Below, piece by piece: positions 1 through 9,626 of a stretch of 26,071 nucleotides of DNA; the first letter of the stretch is position 1, and the number at the start of each line of letters is the position of its first letter. This DNA comes from Macrostomum lignano (taxonomy: Eukaryota): NCBI GenBank assembly GCA_002269645.1, contig NIVC01005110.1, positions 1-26,071 of the forward strand. The letters run 5' to 3'. The notes under the pieces are model-generated. The model was not told the origin of the DNA. It searched no databases and saw nothing but the letters and a program-made list of their open reading frames with translations. The position numbers and the translations under genes were made by a program.

Positions 1-482
1 AGAATAAAGATGTATAAAACAGCATGAAAAAATAGAAAAATAGTTTGTTTCTCAGCAATTACTTGAAGATTTTTTTATTCTTGTAGTATTCCTTCTAGAA
101 AAAATATGATCTATTAATTAATGACATTGATAGTAAAAATCTAAGGTGGCCATTTTTTCAAAACTCTATAGAAATACATTTTGAGACTTTTAATCTATTA
201 TGTATTATTTTTAAAATAGGCCTATCTAATAAATATATCTATTTTCAAGTGGCTTTTATAGCTATAGCAATCATTTTAATATAGAAAAAATATTGCCTAG
301 ATAGAAAAATAAAAAAAGCTAAAATAGCCAATTATTTTTTATGTAACAAAAAGCTTGTTAATGTTATATTGTCCTCCCTGAGTCCTTATACAAAAATTCT
401 TAATTTCAATTCAATGGCCTATTAAAATATATTGCATAGTTTTTTACTGCATTGCTAAATAGGCTTCCAGTCATTAATTGAT

Positions 483-2224
483 TGGGGTCACTAAAATCCC
501 AAGGTCCATAAATGCCCCTTAAAATTTCAATTTCTGGCTAGAAATTGGAGGCCAGTTCATTGCTAAATCAGCCAGACACAATAAGCCTGAAGCAGTGCAG
601 TGTGGCAATATATGGCAAGCACTACAATGGGTACATTGATGCTAGAACCTCAACATTCTGCAGTACTTTGCAGCTATTGCTAGTAAAGCTGCTTCCATGA
701 ATTGCCTCCCTAGCAATGTGCAGTGATGCAACCATTTGTCATACTCTGACTATACTGATTGCATACCATAAATGGTAGGGCCTATTTACCATTCCAGTTA
801 GCAGGTGTCAGTTTGGCAGTGGTATAATTTTAGTAGGCAAAGAAATTTTCTAGAAGACAGGACATACCAAATTTCCAAAGTTTTAGCAGCTGCAAGCTTG
901 GAGCCAGAAGCCTAGAAGTTTGCATGGATATCTTCGAGAAGCTTCAATGTGCAATCTGCGCCCTTCTATAGCAGCTCATTCTTGTAGGCATCACACTAGC
1001 AGCAAGGATAAGTAGCACTGTGAGCATGAGCCCTATTAGATGTTGCACAGCTTCAAGTTGCTAGTGATAATAAATTTGCTTTTAAGACTGCTCAGCCTAG
1101 CTGCCCTCCATAGCAACTCCAGTTTTCAGTAATTTTCTTGAATGGCTAGTGCAATGACTACAAAAGAATCAATTTAACACAGGAGTGCTTTAGCCAACTG
1201 CTGCAAGAGTTGTTGCTACAGGCTGCCTGTAAAGGCTCAGGGAGTCAACATACCAGCTAGAATCGAACACAGACAGGCAGATCTTGAAGAACCCACCACC
1301 TCCATCAATGCCAACCTTGATCATATAGGTCAATGGGTTCAGTTGTCTTTCTTCAATAATATGCTGGAGAAGCAACTGAATATGCACACAAATAACAGCT
1401 AGACATGATTTTACTTGTGCCATAATTCCTTGCTCCATGTTGATGAAGTCTAACTGTTATAGTTCAAAAAAGTTGTTGAGCTAGTGGTGAATATCAGATA
1501 GCTTTTGTTGGAGGTGCAATTCTGCAGCTGTTTTTGAACCTGATGCTGCTCTGATATAGTGAGCCAGCTTCAGCATCGTATGTGTGCTGAGGCCCATATC
1601 TTGCTGAATGCCCACCATAGCTCAGTTGCTATGGTTGCTTCGATGTACTCTGAGCTGGTTCCACTTCATGTAAAAGCTTCCTGCATTATGTGCCCTTGTA
1701 GCAGGAGTAGAGACGTGGGATTTTCCTCAATTTAGCTGTGACAGGCATTTCATATAGAGTTTCATGCTGACTTGGTATGCACCAAGTTTTTGACACAGTA
1801 CTAGGCAGCTTGCAACCAAACCTACTTTGACTGTTAGCACTTGGCCTTCCTTGTGGTCGCCAATTAACTGCTAGATAACCAAAGTTTGCAGGCTTTCTCT
1901 AGCAGCTTGGCACACAATATAGTTGCATTGAGTAGCTGCTTGGCTTTGTGTTTGAGGAGGCTGGGCTCCAATCTTAGAGTGGTCAAAGTTGGGCAGCAGA
2001 GACAAAAAGTTGCCTTTCTTGTACTCTAGCAGCATCCTGTACTTTGTACGCAGAGCACTTGGTAACCAATCGTCCTGTGTATTATAGCCATGCATCTTGA
2101 ACTCTGAGATGACTGACTGCATGTGCTTATTTATCTGGCATATTTCCTTGCCTTTATGCATGCAGATGAGGCAGACAATGAGGTGAGCATCTTTGTGCAT
2201 TATGGCACTGTTACTTTTACTCAT
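483..2224 (-). pseudogene. Degraded Chapaev-type DDE DNA transposase (many stops and frameshifts)
   Basis: Manual minus-strand translation across frames gives the motifs in the expected order. N-terminal H-x7-C-x2-C-x33-P-x3-[C>R]-x2-[C>Y] (Chapa-like zinc finger), then KCLSQLN*GKSH, KVGIDGGGGFFKICL (1292-1312, first catalytic D), QENY, [D>N]LKLCNI (1042-1059), YPCC*C (993-1010), HLLTGMVN (784-807), HGSSFTSNSC (670-699) and LGILVTP (483-500). The third catalytic E and the TIRs were not found. The family call rests on recalled motifs. Confidence 0.8.
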
Positions 2225-3492
2225 AATTGCCTAACACTGAATGTGCTAGATGTCAATTAAGGTCTTGGTTTCAGTGATGTATAGATAATATTAGAAATAG
2301 GCCTACAAGATATATAGATGTGGCAAAAAGTATGTTTTCTAAAAATGCTTAGCCATCTGAAATTCATAACATTTCAATTTCTAGGACTAAATAAATCATT
2401 CTTGCAATTTTTGTTTTGGACACCTTTTAACAAAAGGTGCAATTGTTTCATCTAGACCTTAAATAAATGTTTTTGCATAATAGTGTATATTATGACTAAA
2501 ATTGATTCCCCTTTAGCCATTCTTAATGTAACCTTGAATCATGTTTTTGTTTTCTGTGATGATATATCTCATAATATTCAATAGATATATAGTAGCAAAA
2601 AGAAATATAATATTTTATAAATGTAAATATATAATACATATGCACTGCAAATTTAGATTAGCAACTATATTTTACAGGTAAACATAATTAAGACCCTATA
2701 TAATATAAAGCAACTTAGATAATCCCTGTCACATTGCATAAAAAATGTTTAAGATAAATCAAGTGCTAAGAAGGATATTTTGGCAATGTCACATTGAACA
2801 TTAATAAAATAGCTGTCAAATAGGTCCTTAAAAGTAATGCTATACATAAGCAATAAAAATGTTTGCAATACATTCTTCATGCATTTCTTATGTAGTTAGT
2901 GAGGTTAGTCCAAAAGTGTGCATAACAAAATGTTTATACAAATTCTGCAGAGGGTGAAAGCAGAATGTTGTCTAAACAATAAACCAGAATAGAAGAGAAT
3001 AAAGGAGGTCATTAACACCATTGGCTATAGATATGGCAAAGTTATATTATAAATAATTCTTATATAGTGCTTTTCTTTAGGCTTTGTTACCATGCTAAAA
3101 TGCCTAAAGCACAGACCTACCAGACTATATCTATGAAAAGTGACTTTTCCTTTATAAATTAATTGATCTTGTAATGTATGAGTTAGAGGGGGGGGGGCAA
3201 ATTCAATGGTTGTTAAAGTATTACCTATTTAGGATTTTTGTCTTATGCAAAATTATTGCTTAATGTTAGGTACGAAAGCAATAAAATACATTATTGTGAA
3301 GGATTTAGTGAATAAATGTTACTTCTAATACATGCATGCCCCAAAGCCAAGGCAGACGGACTTGGGACACTGTAATTCTCTTATCCATTTGCCTTGAAGT
3401 GGGACATAATACCTGGATTATTATCTAATTAGTTTCTATAACTGAAGGTATAGATATTAAATAGAAAATAAAAAAATACTCTGGGAGGAAGG

Positions 3493-3657
3493 ATGCACCT
3501 TCTAGAGGAGACGGCCAGATTGCACCAAAGCGACTCGGAGCTGCTCGACCTGTCTTGGATGCCGCACTGGGACCTGGACAGGCCCGAGGATGGCTGGCTG
3601 GCCTGCGGCAATGCCAATGGAGTTGTCAGTGTGACTAAAACTTGCGCTAAAGAAATG
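3493..3657 (+). CDS. TULP4: Tubby-related protein 4 (TULP4/Tusp), exon 1
   Basis: ATG at 3493. SDSELLDLSW...GWLACGNANGVVSVT matches the TULP4 N-terminus (SDSNILCLSW...GWLATGNGRGVVGVT). Donor G|GTGAGC at 3657/3658, phase 0. Confidence 0.9.
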
Positions 3658-3826
3658 GTGAGCACTCGATTGTTTATTTAGTAGCAAAATTATTGTTAGA
3701 GCAGTAAAATTAAAATTAAATTAGACAGATCCATTAAATTAGCATCCTCACCCTGTAGGGATGGCACCTCAGCCTCCATCCAGGCCGATAAACAGTAACT
3801 TGGTTTTCCTCTTGCCCACTTGTGTT

Positions 3827-3961
3827 CTCTGATTGGCTGAGCTAAATTGGGCCTGTCCCATAGGCTGGGTTTCGTCCGTCTAACTTCGATCTCTCTCCTT
3901 ACTGCTCTCTGATTGACTGAGCTAGATTGGGGCTGCCCCCTAGGCTGAGTTTCGTCGGTCT
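3827..3961. repeat. Imperfect 55-bp direct duplication (period 80 bp) in intron 1
   Basis: 3827-3881 versus 3907-3961: 7 mismatches in 55 nt. Confidence 0.85.
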
Positions 3962-4201
3962 TGCATTCACTTGTGTACATCAAGTTAAATACCTGCTGCT
4001 CATTCTGGACCCCTAAATGCTCCGAGGCCACAAACCAGGAAATTTTCCTGCCACATTAAATTTAAGTATTGCTGCGCTGACAAACTACTGAAAAAAAGAG
4101 TAGACGCTCTACACCGCTTGAATTGCGAGTGTGACTTATATAGTTACCAAAGTATCTACGGGTTAATATTTTAAACAAGCATTCGCATCCGAACACTACA
4201 G

Positions 4202-4598
4202 TGGCCGCTAGATTGCGAAGCTAACGAGCGGCTAAACTTCAATTTATACGACTACGGCCGCGAGCCGTCGCCAGACAGCGGCATCTGCGTTGTCGAATGG
4301 AACGAAGTGCAGCGCCGTTTAGTAACTGGCTGCTCGGCCGGGGTTATGCACGTCTGGCTGAACTCCGAAGACGGCCAGCGCTGGAGTCTGGAGCTAATTA
4401 ACGACCGGCCTAGCGCCAGCGTCTGCTTCCGCTGGTCCCGTTCCGGCAGCAACTTTCTGATGGGCTCTTTGGACGGCCTGCTATTGTGCGGCAATTTCTC
4501 CGATCATCAGCTATGGTCGTTTCTAGTTGAACTTGGCGATGCCGAGCCTAATCCGCCTCGGATTACGGCTGTCTGCTGGTCACCCGGCGACTGCTCTG
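4202..4598 (+). CDS. TULP4: TULP4 exon 2 (WD40 repeats)
   Basis: Acceptor CTACAG|TGG at 4201/4202 is phase 0, matching exon 1. ERLNFNL...EWNE...RWSLELINDR...ITAVCWSP parallels TULP4 QRINFNL...RWNE...RWSVELVNDR...ITCGIWTP. Donor G|GTGAGC at 4598/4599, phase 1. Confidence 0.88.
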
Positions 4599-4630
4599 GT
4601 GAGCTGCGAATCAGTCTTTGTTGCTATTTT

Positions 4631-4752
4631 TAGTTTTTGTAGTCTTTGTAGTTTTGGATTTGTGTAGGTCTATGTAGTTTTTAGATTTGGGTATGTGTAA
4701 GTCTTTGTAGTTTTAGATTTGGTAATGTGTAAGTCTGTAGTTTTTAGATTTC
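4631..4752. repeat. Degenerate ~30-bp intronic minisatellite (GTATGTGTAAGTCTTTGTAGTTTTAGATTTG-like), resuming at 7126-7200
   Basis: The same motif flanks both sides of the Penelope insertion. Confidence 0.75.
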
Positions 4753-4886
4753 ACCTAAAAAACTAAATTAAATTAACTAAATTAAATTAAATTAACTAAA
4801 CTTTAAATTGAGGTAAGGTAGCACGCTTTAGCAGGCAGAGAAATACAAAAGTTAAAATCAACATAGATTATAATAAATTCTTTCTT

Positions 4887-4923
4887 CCGACGCGTTTCGG
4901 TCCAACAATGACCATCTTCAGGG
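4887..4923 (-). ncRNA. Minimal hammerhead ribozyme motif (inverted copy of 5560-5596)
   Basis: Reverse complement of 5560-5596, inside the left inverted arm. Confidence 0.85.
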
Positions 4924-5195
4924 TCTGGTGTATTTTTAACTCACACAACAACTTTATAAGTGAACAAATGTTAACTGTACAGTCCAAAGGGCATGTCATG
5001 GGCAGAATTTTCCAAAAAATGTTAAGCATAGATTGCAAGTACATTGTTCAGACTAGTGCCTCTACTTAGAATACCTTGAGCAAATGGCCCGCACCACTAT
5101 GGGAGAGCTGAATATTCAGATTAGGTTTTTGGTCTTTAATGTACATGGATTCAAGTCTCTGACTCTGGTGTACAGGTGCCTTTTAGTTTCTTTTA

Positions 5196-5417
5196 GTCAG
5201 AGAGCATTGGTTGAAAAGGTCGGCTATCCAAGACCACCTGCTCTGTTGCAACAGTTGTTGCGAAATTGAGCAAACTCAGCAGTTTAAAATTATTGATCGG
5301 TGTAGAACTGATTTTAGGCTCAACATACTTGAATCCATGTACATTAAAGACCAAAAACCTAATCTGAATATTCAGCTCTCCCATAGTGGTGCGGGCCATT
5401 TGCTCAAGGTATTCTAA
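5196..5417 (+). pseudogene. C-terminal fragment of a Penelope family A GIY-YIG endonuclease
   Basis: VREHWLKRSAIQDHL...RLNILESMYIKDQKPNLNIQL...LLKVF*; about half of the residues are identical to the C-terminus of the ORF ending at 6817. Confidence 0.85.
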
Positions 5418-5559
5418 GTAGAGGCACTAGTCTGAACAATGTACTTGCAATCTATGCTTAACATTTTTTGGAAAATTCTGCCCATGACATGCCCTTTGGA
5501 CTGTACAGTTAACATTTGTTCACTTATAAAGTTGTTGTGTGAGTTAAAAATACACCAGA

Positions 5560-5596
5560 CCCTGAAGATGGTCATTGTTGGACCGAAACGCGTCGG
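5560..5596 (+). ncRNA. Minimal hammerhead ribozyme motif (PLE family A)
   Basis: CC-CTGAAGA-T-GGTC(ATTGTTG)GACC-GAAA-CGCGTC-GG: conserved core, 4-bp stem II, palindromic stem III, predicted cleavage after GUC at 5594. Confidence 0.85.
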
Positions 5597-5647
5597 AAGA
5601 AAGAATTTATTATAATCTATGTTGATTTGAACTTTTGTAAACTTTAA

Positions 5648-6817
5648 ATTAACCTTGCCACTGATACTGTGTTCCAATATTCGAAACCAGATTTGGACAA
5701 AGAAACTTTCCGCAAACTCCTCATCTTTGCCACTAACGGAATCTTCATGTTTCAAACTAAGCTTTACCGGCAGATTGACGGCTGTGCCATGGGGAGCCCT
5801 TTAGCCCCCACCTTGGCCAATCTTTGTCTGGCTCATTGGGAAGAGGAATGGATGAAGAGTGATGCGGCCCCCAAATTCTATAAGAGATATGTTGATGACA
5901 CTCTTTTGGTTTTCAACAAAGGGACTGACTATAGCCAATTCTTAGACATTTTGAACAGCACTCATCCCAACATAAAGTTCACTGCTGAAGGAGGTGGGAA
6001 ATCTATACCTTTTTTAGACATTCAGATTAATGTTGAAAACGATTGTGTGTCCACCAAAGTTTATCGTAAAGCCACCTACACTGGTCTTCTGCTAAACTTC
6101 AATGCTCTCTGCCCAACCCAGTGGAAAGTGGGCCTGCTGCGTGGTATGCTCCACCGGGCTTTCGAAATCTGTAGCACCTGGACTAGTTTCCACGAAGAAA
6201 TTTGCTTGATTAGCACCTATTTTTCCAAAAACAACTACCCGAAACGGTTCCTCGATTACCACATTAGGAAATTCATTGATGGTAAAGTCGCGAATCCTAA
6301 CAATAGACAGAATAAGGAAGAACAGAAAGATCTGAGGATTGATTGCACCCATATCTCCATTCCTTTCTATGGGCCTGCTTCTGTTCATTTTAAAAAGAAC
6401 CTCATCAGAGCGTTTAATAAGTATTTAAATGTGAAGCTCATGGTCACTTTCCGTTGCGAGAAAATCGGTCGTTTTGTTAAGAATTTGAAATGCCGCGTTC
6501 CCAGCTCCTTACGGGCAGGTGTCGTTTACCAATTTCAATGCTCTGGCGACCAGAGTATCACCTACATAGGTGAAACTACCCGACACCTGTACGTGAGAAG
6601 TAGAGAACATTGGCAAAAGATGTCGGCCGTCCACGACCACCTGATGATATGCAAAGAATGCTGTGACAGCCAAATAGATAACTTTTCCACCATCCATGCG
6701 TGCTCAAATGAGTACAGACTAAAAGTGCTTGAAGCCCTGTATATAAAATCGCGTAAACCAATCCTAAATAAGCAACTTGCCAATCACGGTGCCAGTGCCC
6801 TCCTTAGAGTATTCTAG
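5648..6817 (+). CDS. 5'-truncated Penelope-like reverse transcriptase / GIY-YIG endonuclease (family B)
   Basis: Open frame from ~5648 (INLATDTVF...). RT motifs QIDGCAMGSPLAP, YKRYVDDT, IKFT, IPFLDI, VYRKATYTG, followed by a C-terminal GIY-YIG (GVVYQFQC...YIGETTRHLYVRSREH). This RT-then-GIY-YIG architecture defines PLEs. It has no true start and no internal stops. Confidence 0.93.
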   Translation: MNLATDTVFQYSKPDLDKETFRKLLIFATNGIFMFQTKLYRQIDGCAMGSPLAPTLANLCLAHWEEEWMKSDAAPKFYKRYVDDTLLVFNKGTDYSQFLDILNSTHPNIKFTAEGGGKSIPFLDIQINVENDCVSTKVYRKATYTGLLLNFNALCPTQWKVGLLRGMLHRAFEICSTWTSFHEEICLISTYFSKNNYPKRFLDYHIRKFIDGKVANPNNRQNKEEQKDLRIDCTHISIPFYGPASVHFKKNLIRAFNKYLNVKLMVTFRCEKIGRFVKNLKCRVPSSLRAGVVYQFQCSGDQSITYIGETTRHLYVRSREHWQKMSAVHDHLMICKECCDSQIDNFSTIHACSNEYRLKVLEALYIKSRKPILNKQLANHGASALLRVF

Positions 6818-6830
6818 GTGTACACTTGTG

Positions 6831-6850
6831 CTCATCTCACTCTCACTCAC

Positions 6851-6914
<64 letters not shown>

Positions 6915-6923
6915 TCTCCCCTC
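6831..6923. repeat. (TC)n/(TCAC)n microsatellite in the PLE-B 3' UTR
   Basis: Pure TC run at ~6855-6910. Confidence 0.95.
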
Positions 6924-7058
6924 ATTGAAACTCTGTGAGCGCTCCGTCGGACTGTACAATCTACTGTTAATTTATATACATTTCTGACTTTTATCGACCC
7001 GTTCTTACTCTTAATTGTTAAATATAAATGAACAAATAAATCGTTACTAATTTTAAGA

Positions 7059-7094
7059 GCCTGAAGATGCCTGACGCGAGGCGAAACATGTCGC
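7059..7094 (+). ncRNA. Minimal hammerhead ribozyme motif (PLE family B 3' end)
   Basis: GC-CTGAAGA-T-GCCT(GACGCG)AGGC-GAAA-CATGTC-GC; predicted cleavage after GUC at 7092, 33 nt before the element end. Confidence 0.85.
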
Positions 7095-7331
7095 ATAAAA
7101 ATGATGGCGCTCACCTTCTTAATTCTAGTTTTTAGATTTCGTATGTGTAAGTCTTTGTGCAATAGTTTTAGATGAGTAGGGTCTTTGTAGTTCTAGTCTG
7201 GTATGCAGGTCTTTGTTCCAGCAAATATTAGTATTTTACTATTAGTTCTTTTAGTATACTTTTATAGGTTTTCGATTTCTTTCAAAGAAGCACTGCTACC
7301 GCACTCGCCCTCACCCCCTAATCTTCCACAG

Positions 7332-9520
7332 TATTTGTGGGCACCGCAGCAGGCGAGATCATGGCTTATAATAGCGCCGGCCAGCATCCCATGCTTCATC
7401 GCATCCCCTGCGGCGGGGCCGTCACCGGTCTAGAATGGAACTGTCCGAAGTTTCAGCTCCACCTGCAGGGCGGCAATCCGGCCAATACAGTGGCCAGAGC
7501 CGCCACCGCCGCAATGGCTGGACACCGGCAGTCCCGGCCGCCGGTAGTAGCCGAAGAAGATCGACACGCTGACTGTCGCGGCTTCATCCTGGCCGTGGCT
7601 CTGTCGGACGGCCGAATTCGATTGTACGACGGCGGGCCAATGTCGGACTCAACGGACCCGGTAGTGTGCATTCTCACCGGTCTAGTTGGCGTGCGGATCC
7701 AGTGGAGCTGCAGCGGGGAATGGCTGGCGGCGGCCGGTTGGTCCTACTATGATCCCACCAGCCGGCTCAAGGTGCTGGTGTTCGACCGGGCTGGCAGACA
7801 ACTAGCCGAGCGGTACTGTCAAGCGCCGGGCTTTTCTCCGAATTTTCGTCCACCCTATCCGCAGTTCGGCCTGGCCTGGGCGCATTCGGACAGGCGATTA
7901 TTCGTGTCAGCCGGTAGGCGACTCTACACTATTCGAGTCAGCGCCCAGGTTGCTCCCCTAACGGACCTGTGCGCCCGGGCCTGTCCGAGGCAGTTCGCCG
8001 CTCTGAATGCGCCGGCGCCGCTTCGACGCCTGGTTGAATCGGCCTGGCTGCACACTCTGCGCGGGGTGCTGCCTCCGCTGAGCGTTGACGGGCTTCGAGA
8101 GTTCTGCTCGAGACCGGCGCCAACCCGACTGCACTGCACACTGAGCCGGTGCGGCCGGCCGCAGGACGAGGCCGGACTTCGCTACGTACTGCAGCTCGAG
8201 TACCTGGGCGGTTTAGTTCGCCTATTAGTCGCTCGTCGGTGCGGCAAACTGAGACCGGACTTTCTTATACTCGATCCGGAATTCGCCGACGATTATTTAG
8301 ACTTTCCGGACGTTGACTGCGACTGCGACACCGGCAGGGAGCTGCTGGAGCAGCAGCAGCAGGCGAGCAATGATTCAAATGTTAACGATGAAATCGTCGA
8401 GGCATTCGAAGAGGAAGAAGATGATGGCCCTGTAGACATTGGCTGCGCCTCGCCAAAATCGAGGCGTCGTCGGCGTTGTCAGCAATTGTCGACGCCTTCG
8501 TCGTTGTTGTCATCGTCGGCTGTCGCAGCCGGCAAAGCTCATCGACAGTCGCAACAGCAGCAGCCGCCTCCGGGCCCAGGCCTGCTGCGCGTGTCGGCCA
8601 ATCTCTGGGGCACTCGATTCGGGTTCGTTGGCTTGCGCTCCTGCCTGCCCAGGGACGCCGGCTCTGTGGATTATCGGACCTCCTTTCTGCACATGGAGCC
8701 GAGGCGGCTCACTCTGCGTCTGGTTGAGCTCGGCTCCTCGCCTGCTGCCGCCGCTTCGTTCGCCTCTGCCTCTGCGACCGCGGCAAATCCGTCTGCGGCA
8801 TCGGCAGCTTCCGACATCGGCCCGTCATTGCCGCAGGTGAATCCTAGACGGCACGGACGAGTGTTCAGCGACAATTCTCCGCCATTGACCTCGCGTGGCT
8901 GCGGCGGCAACGGTGGCAGCCTGTCAGACCTGCGGCACATCGACTCGGAAGACGAAACCGACGAGCAGTCAATGCCGGCTGCCTTGGCCGCCAAGGCAAC
9001 TATTTCTCCGGCCGTCGCTGTCCTTGCTTCCTCCGCCGGCGGCCCGTCGATGATGCGACAGTCGGCGCCGAGCACACCGTCGGGCACGTCGGCGGTTGTC
9101 TCCGCTGCCGCCACTGCCGCAGCTCAGCCGCCAACCTCTTCGATTCCGTCATCGCGTCCGGCTGCTTCGGCAACCACGGCTACGCGTCGACTTCGACAAA
9201 GGCGAATCGGCGACTCGTCCGGCCAGTTGGCGAATTGCAACGCCGGCGCTGCGTCGGCCGCTCCGCCCGGCCCGCGAGTCTTTGTTATGACTAACAAAGA
9301 GCCGAATTGGAACGAAGCAAATCACGTCTATCAGTTGGACTTTCACGGCCGGGTCAGTCTGCAGTCGGCGAAGAATTTCCAATTGGAATTGGACGGCCAG
9401 CAGGTGTTGCAGTTTGGTAAAACGTCCGACTCCAGATTCTCGCTGGACTTTCAGGCGCCATTCTCGCCCGTGCAAGCCTTCAGTTTGGCTCTGGCTAATC
9501 TCACCCAGCGGCTTAAGTGA
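7332..9520 (+). CDS. TULP4: TULP4 exon 3 (WD40 end, SOCS box, low-complexity region, Tubby C-terminal domain)
   Basis: Acceptor TCTTCCACAG|TA is phase 1 and gives VFVGTAAGEI (TULP4 VLFGTADGQV). SOCS box APLTDLCARA...APLRRLV; also LHCTL, LEYLGGLV, KLRPDF, NLWGTRF, YRTSFLHMEPR. The C-terminus NKEPNWNEANHVYQLDFHGRVSLQSAKNFQLE...ALANLTQRLK* is diagnostic. Stop TGA at 9518-9520. Joined CDS is 2751 nt. Confidence 0.95.
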
Positions 9521-9626
9521 CCTCGGCGCGCTTTAACTCATCTGATCGGCCTTAGTGTAGACATTCTGGCTTCAGCGAGCCTATAATAGCCCTCACTTCA
9601 TCTAGATGCTTAGTATGGTTTTTGGC

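Larger units (their letters stand above)
4810..5637. mobile_element. Penelope family A fragment: two 3'-end copies joined head-to-head (inverted pseudo-LTR structure)
   Basis: Flanked by the 13-bp direct repeat TAAACTTTAAATT (4797-4809 and 5638-5650). Inverted arms 4844-5156 and 5327-5639 are 313 bp each, with 1 mismatch seen. The minus copy also encodes ETKRHLYTRVRE (5157-5191) and extends 34 nt further 3' (4810-4843). Confidence 0.85.
4753..7125 (+). mobile_element. Composite Penelope-like element (PLE) insertion in TULP4 intron 2
   Basis: Flanked by the 15-bp direct repeat TAGTTTTTAGATTTC (4738-4752 and 7126-7140), a putative TSD. Contains an RT-GIY-YIG ORF and hammerhead motifs. Confidence 0.88.

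Noticed and set aside
3180-3420. Candidate terminal inverted repeat of the Chapaev relic
   Set aside because: Several GTG/CAC positions are possible and the partner end is probably outside the window, so no boundary can be supported.
3696-4031. 111-aa minus-strand ORF in intron 1
   Set aside because: Non-ATG start, overlaps a local duplication and has no recognisable motif.
4808-4818. Strong donor-like GAG|GTAAGG inside intron 2
   Set aside because: It lies in the antisense PLE tail, and no open upstream exon with an acceptor was found; cryptic use cannot be excluded without RNA-seq.
7453-9475. Alternative-frame and antisense ORFs over TULP4 exon 3
   Set aside because: Expected shadows of a GC-rich coding exon.
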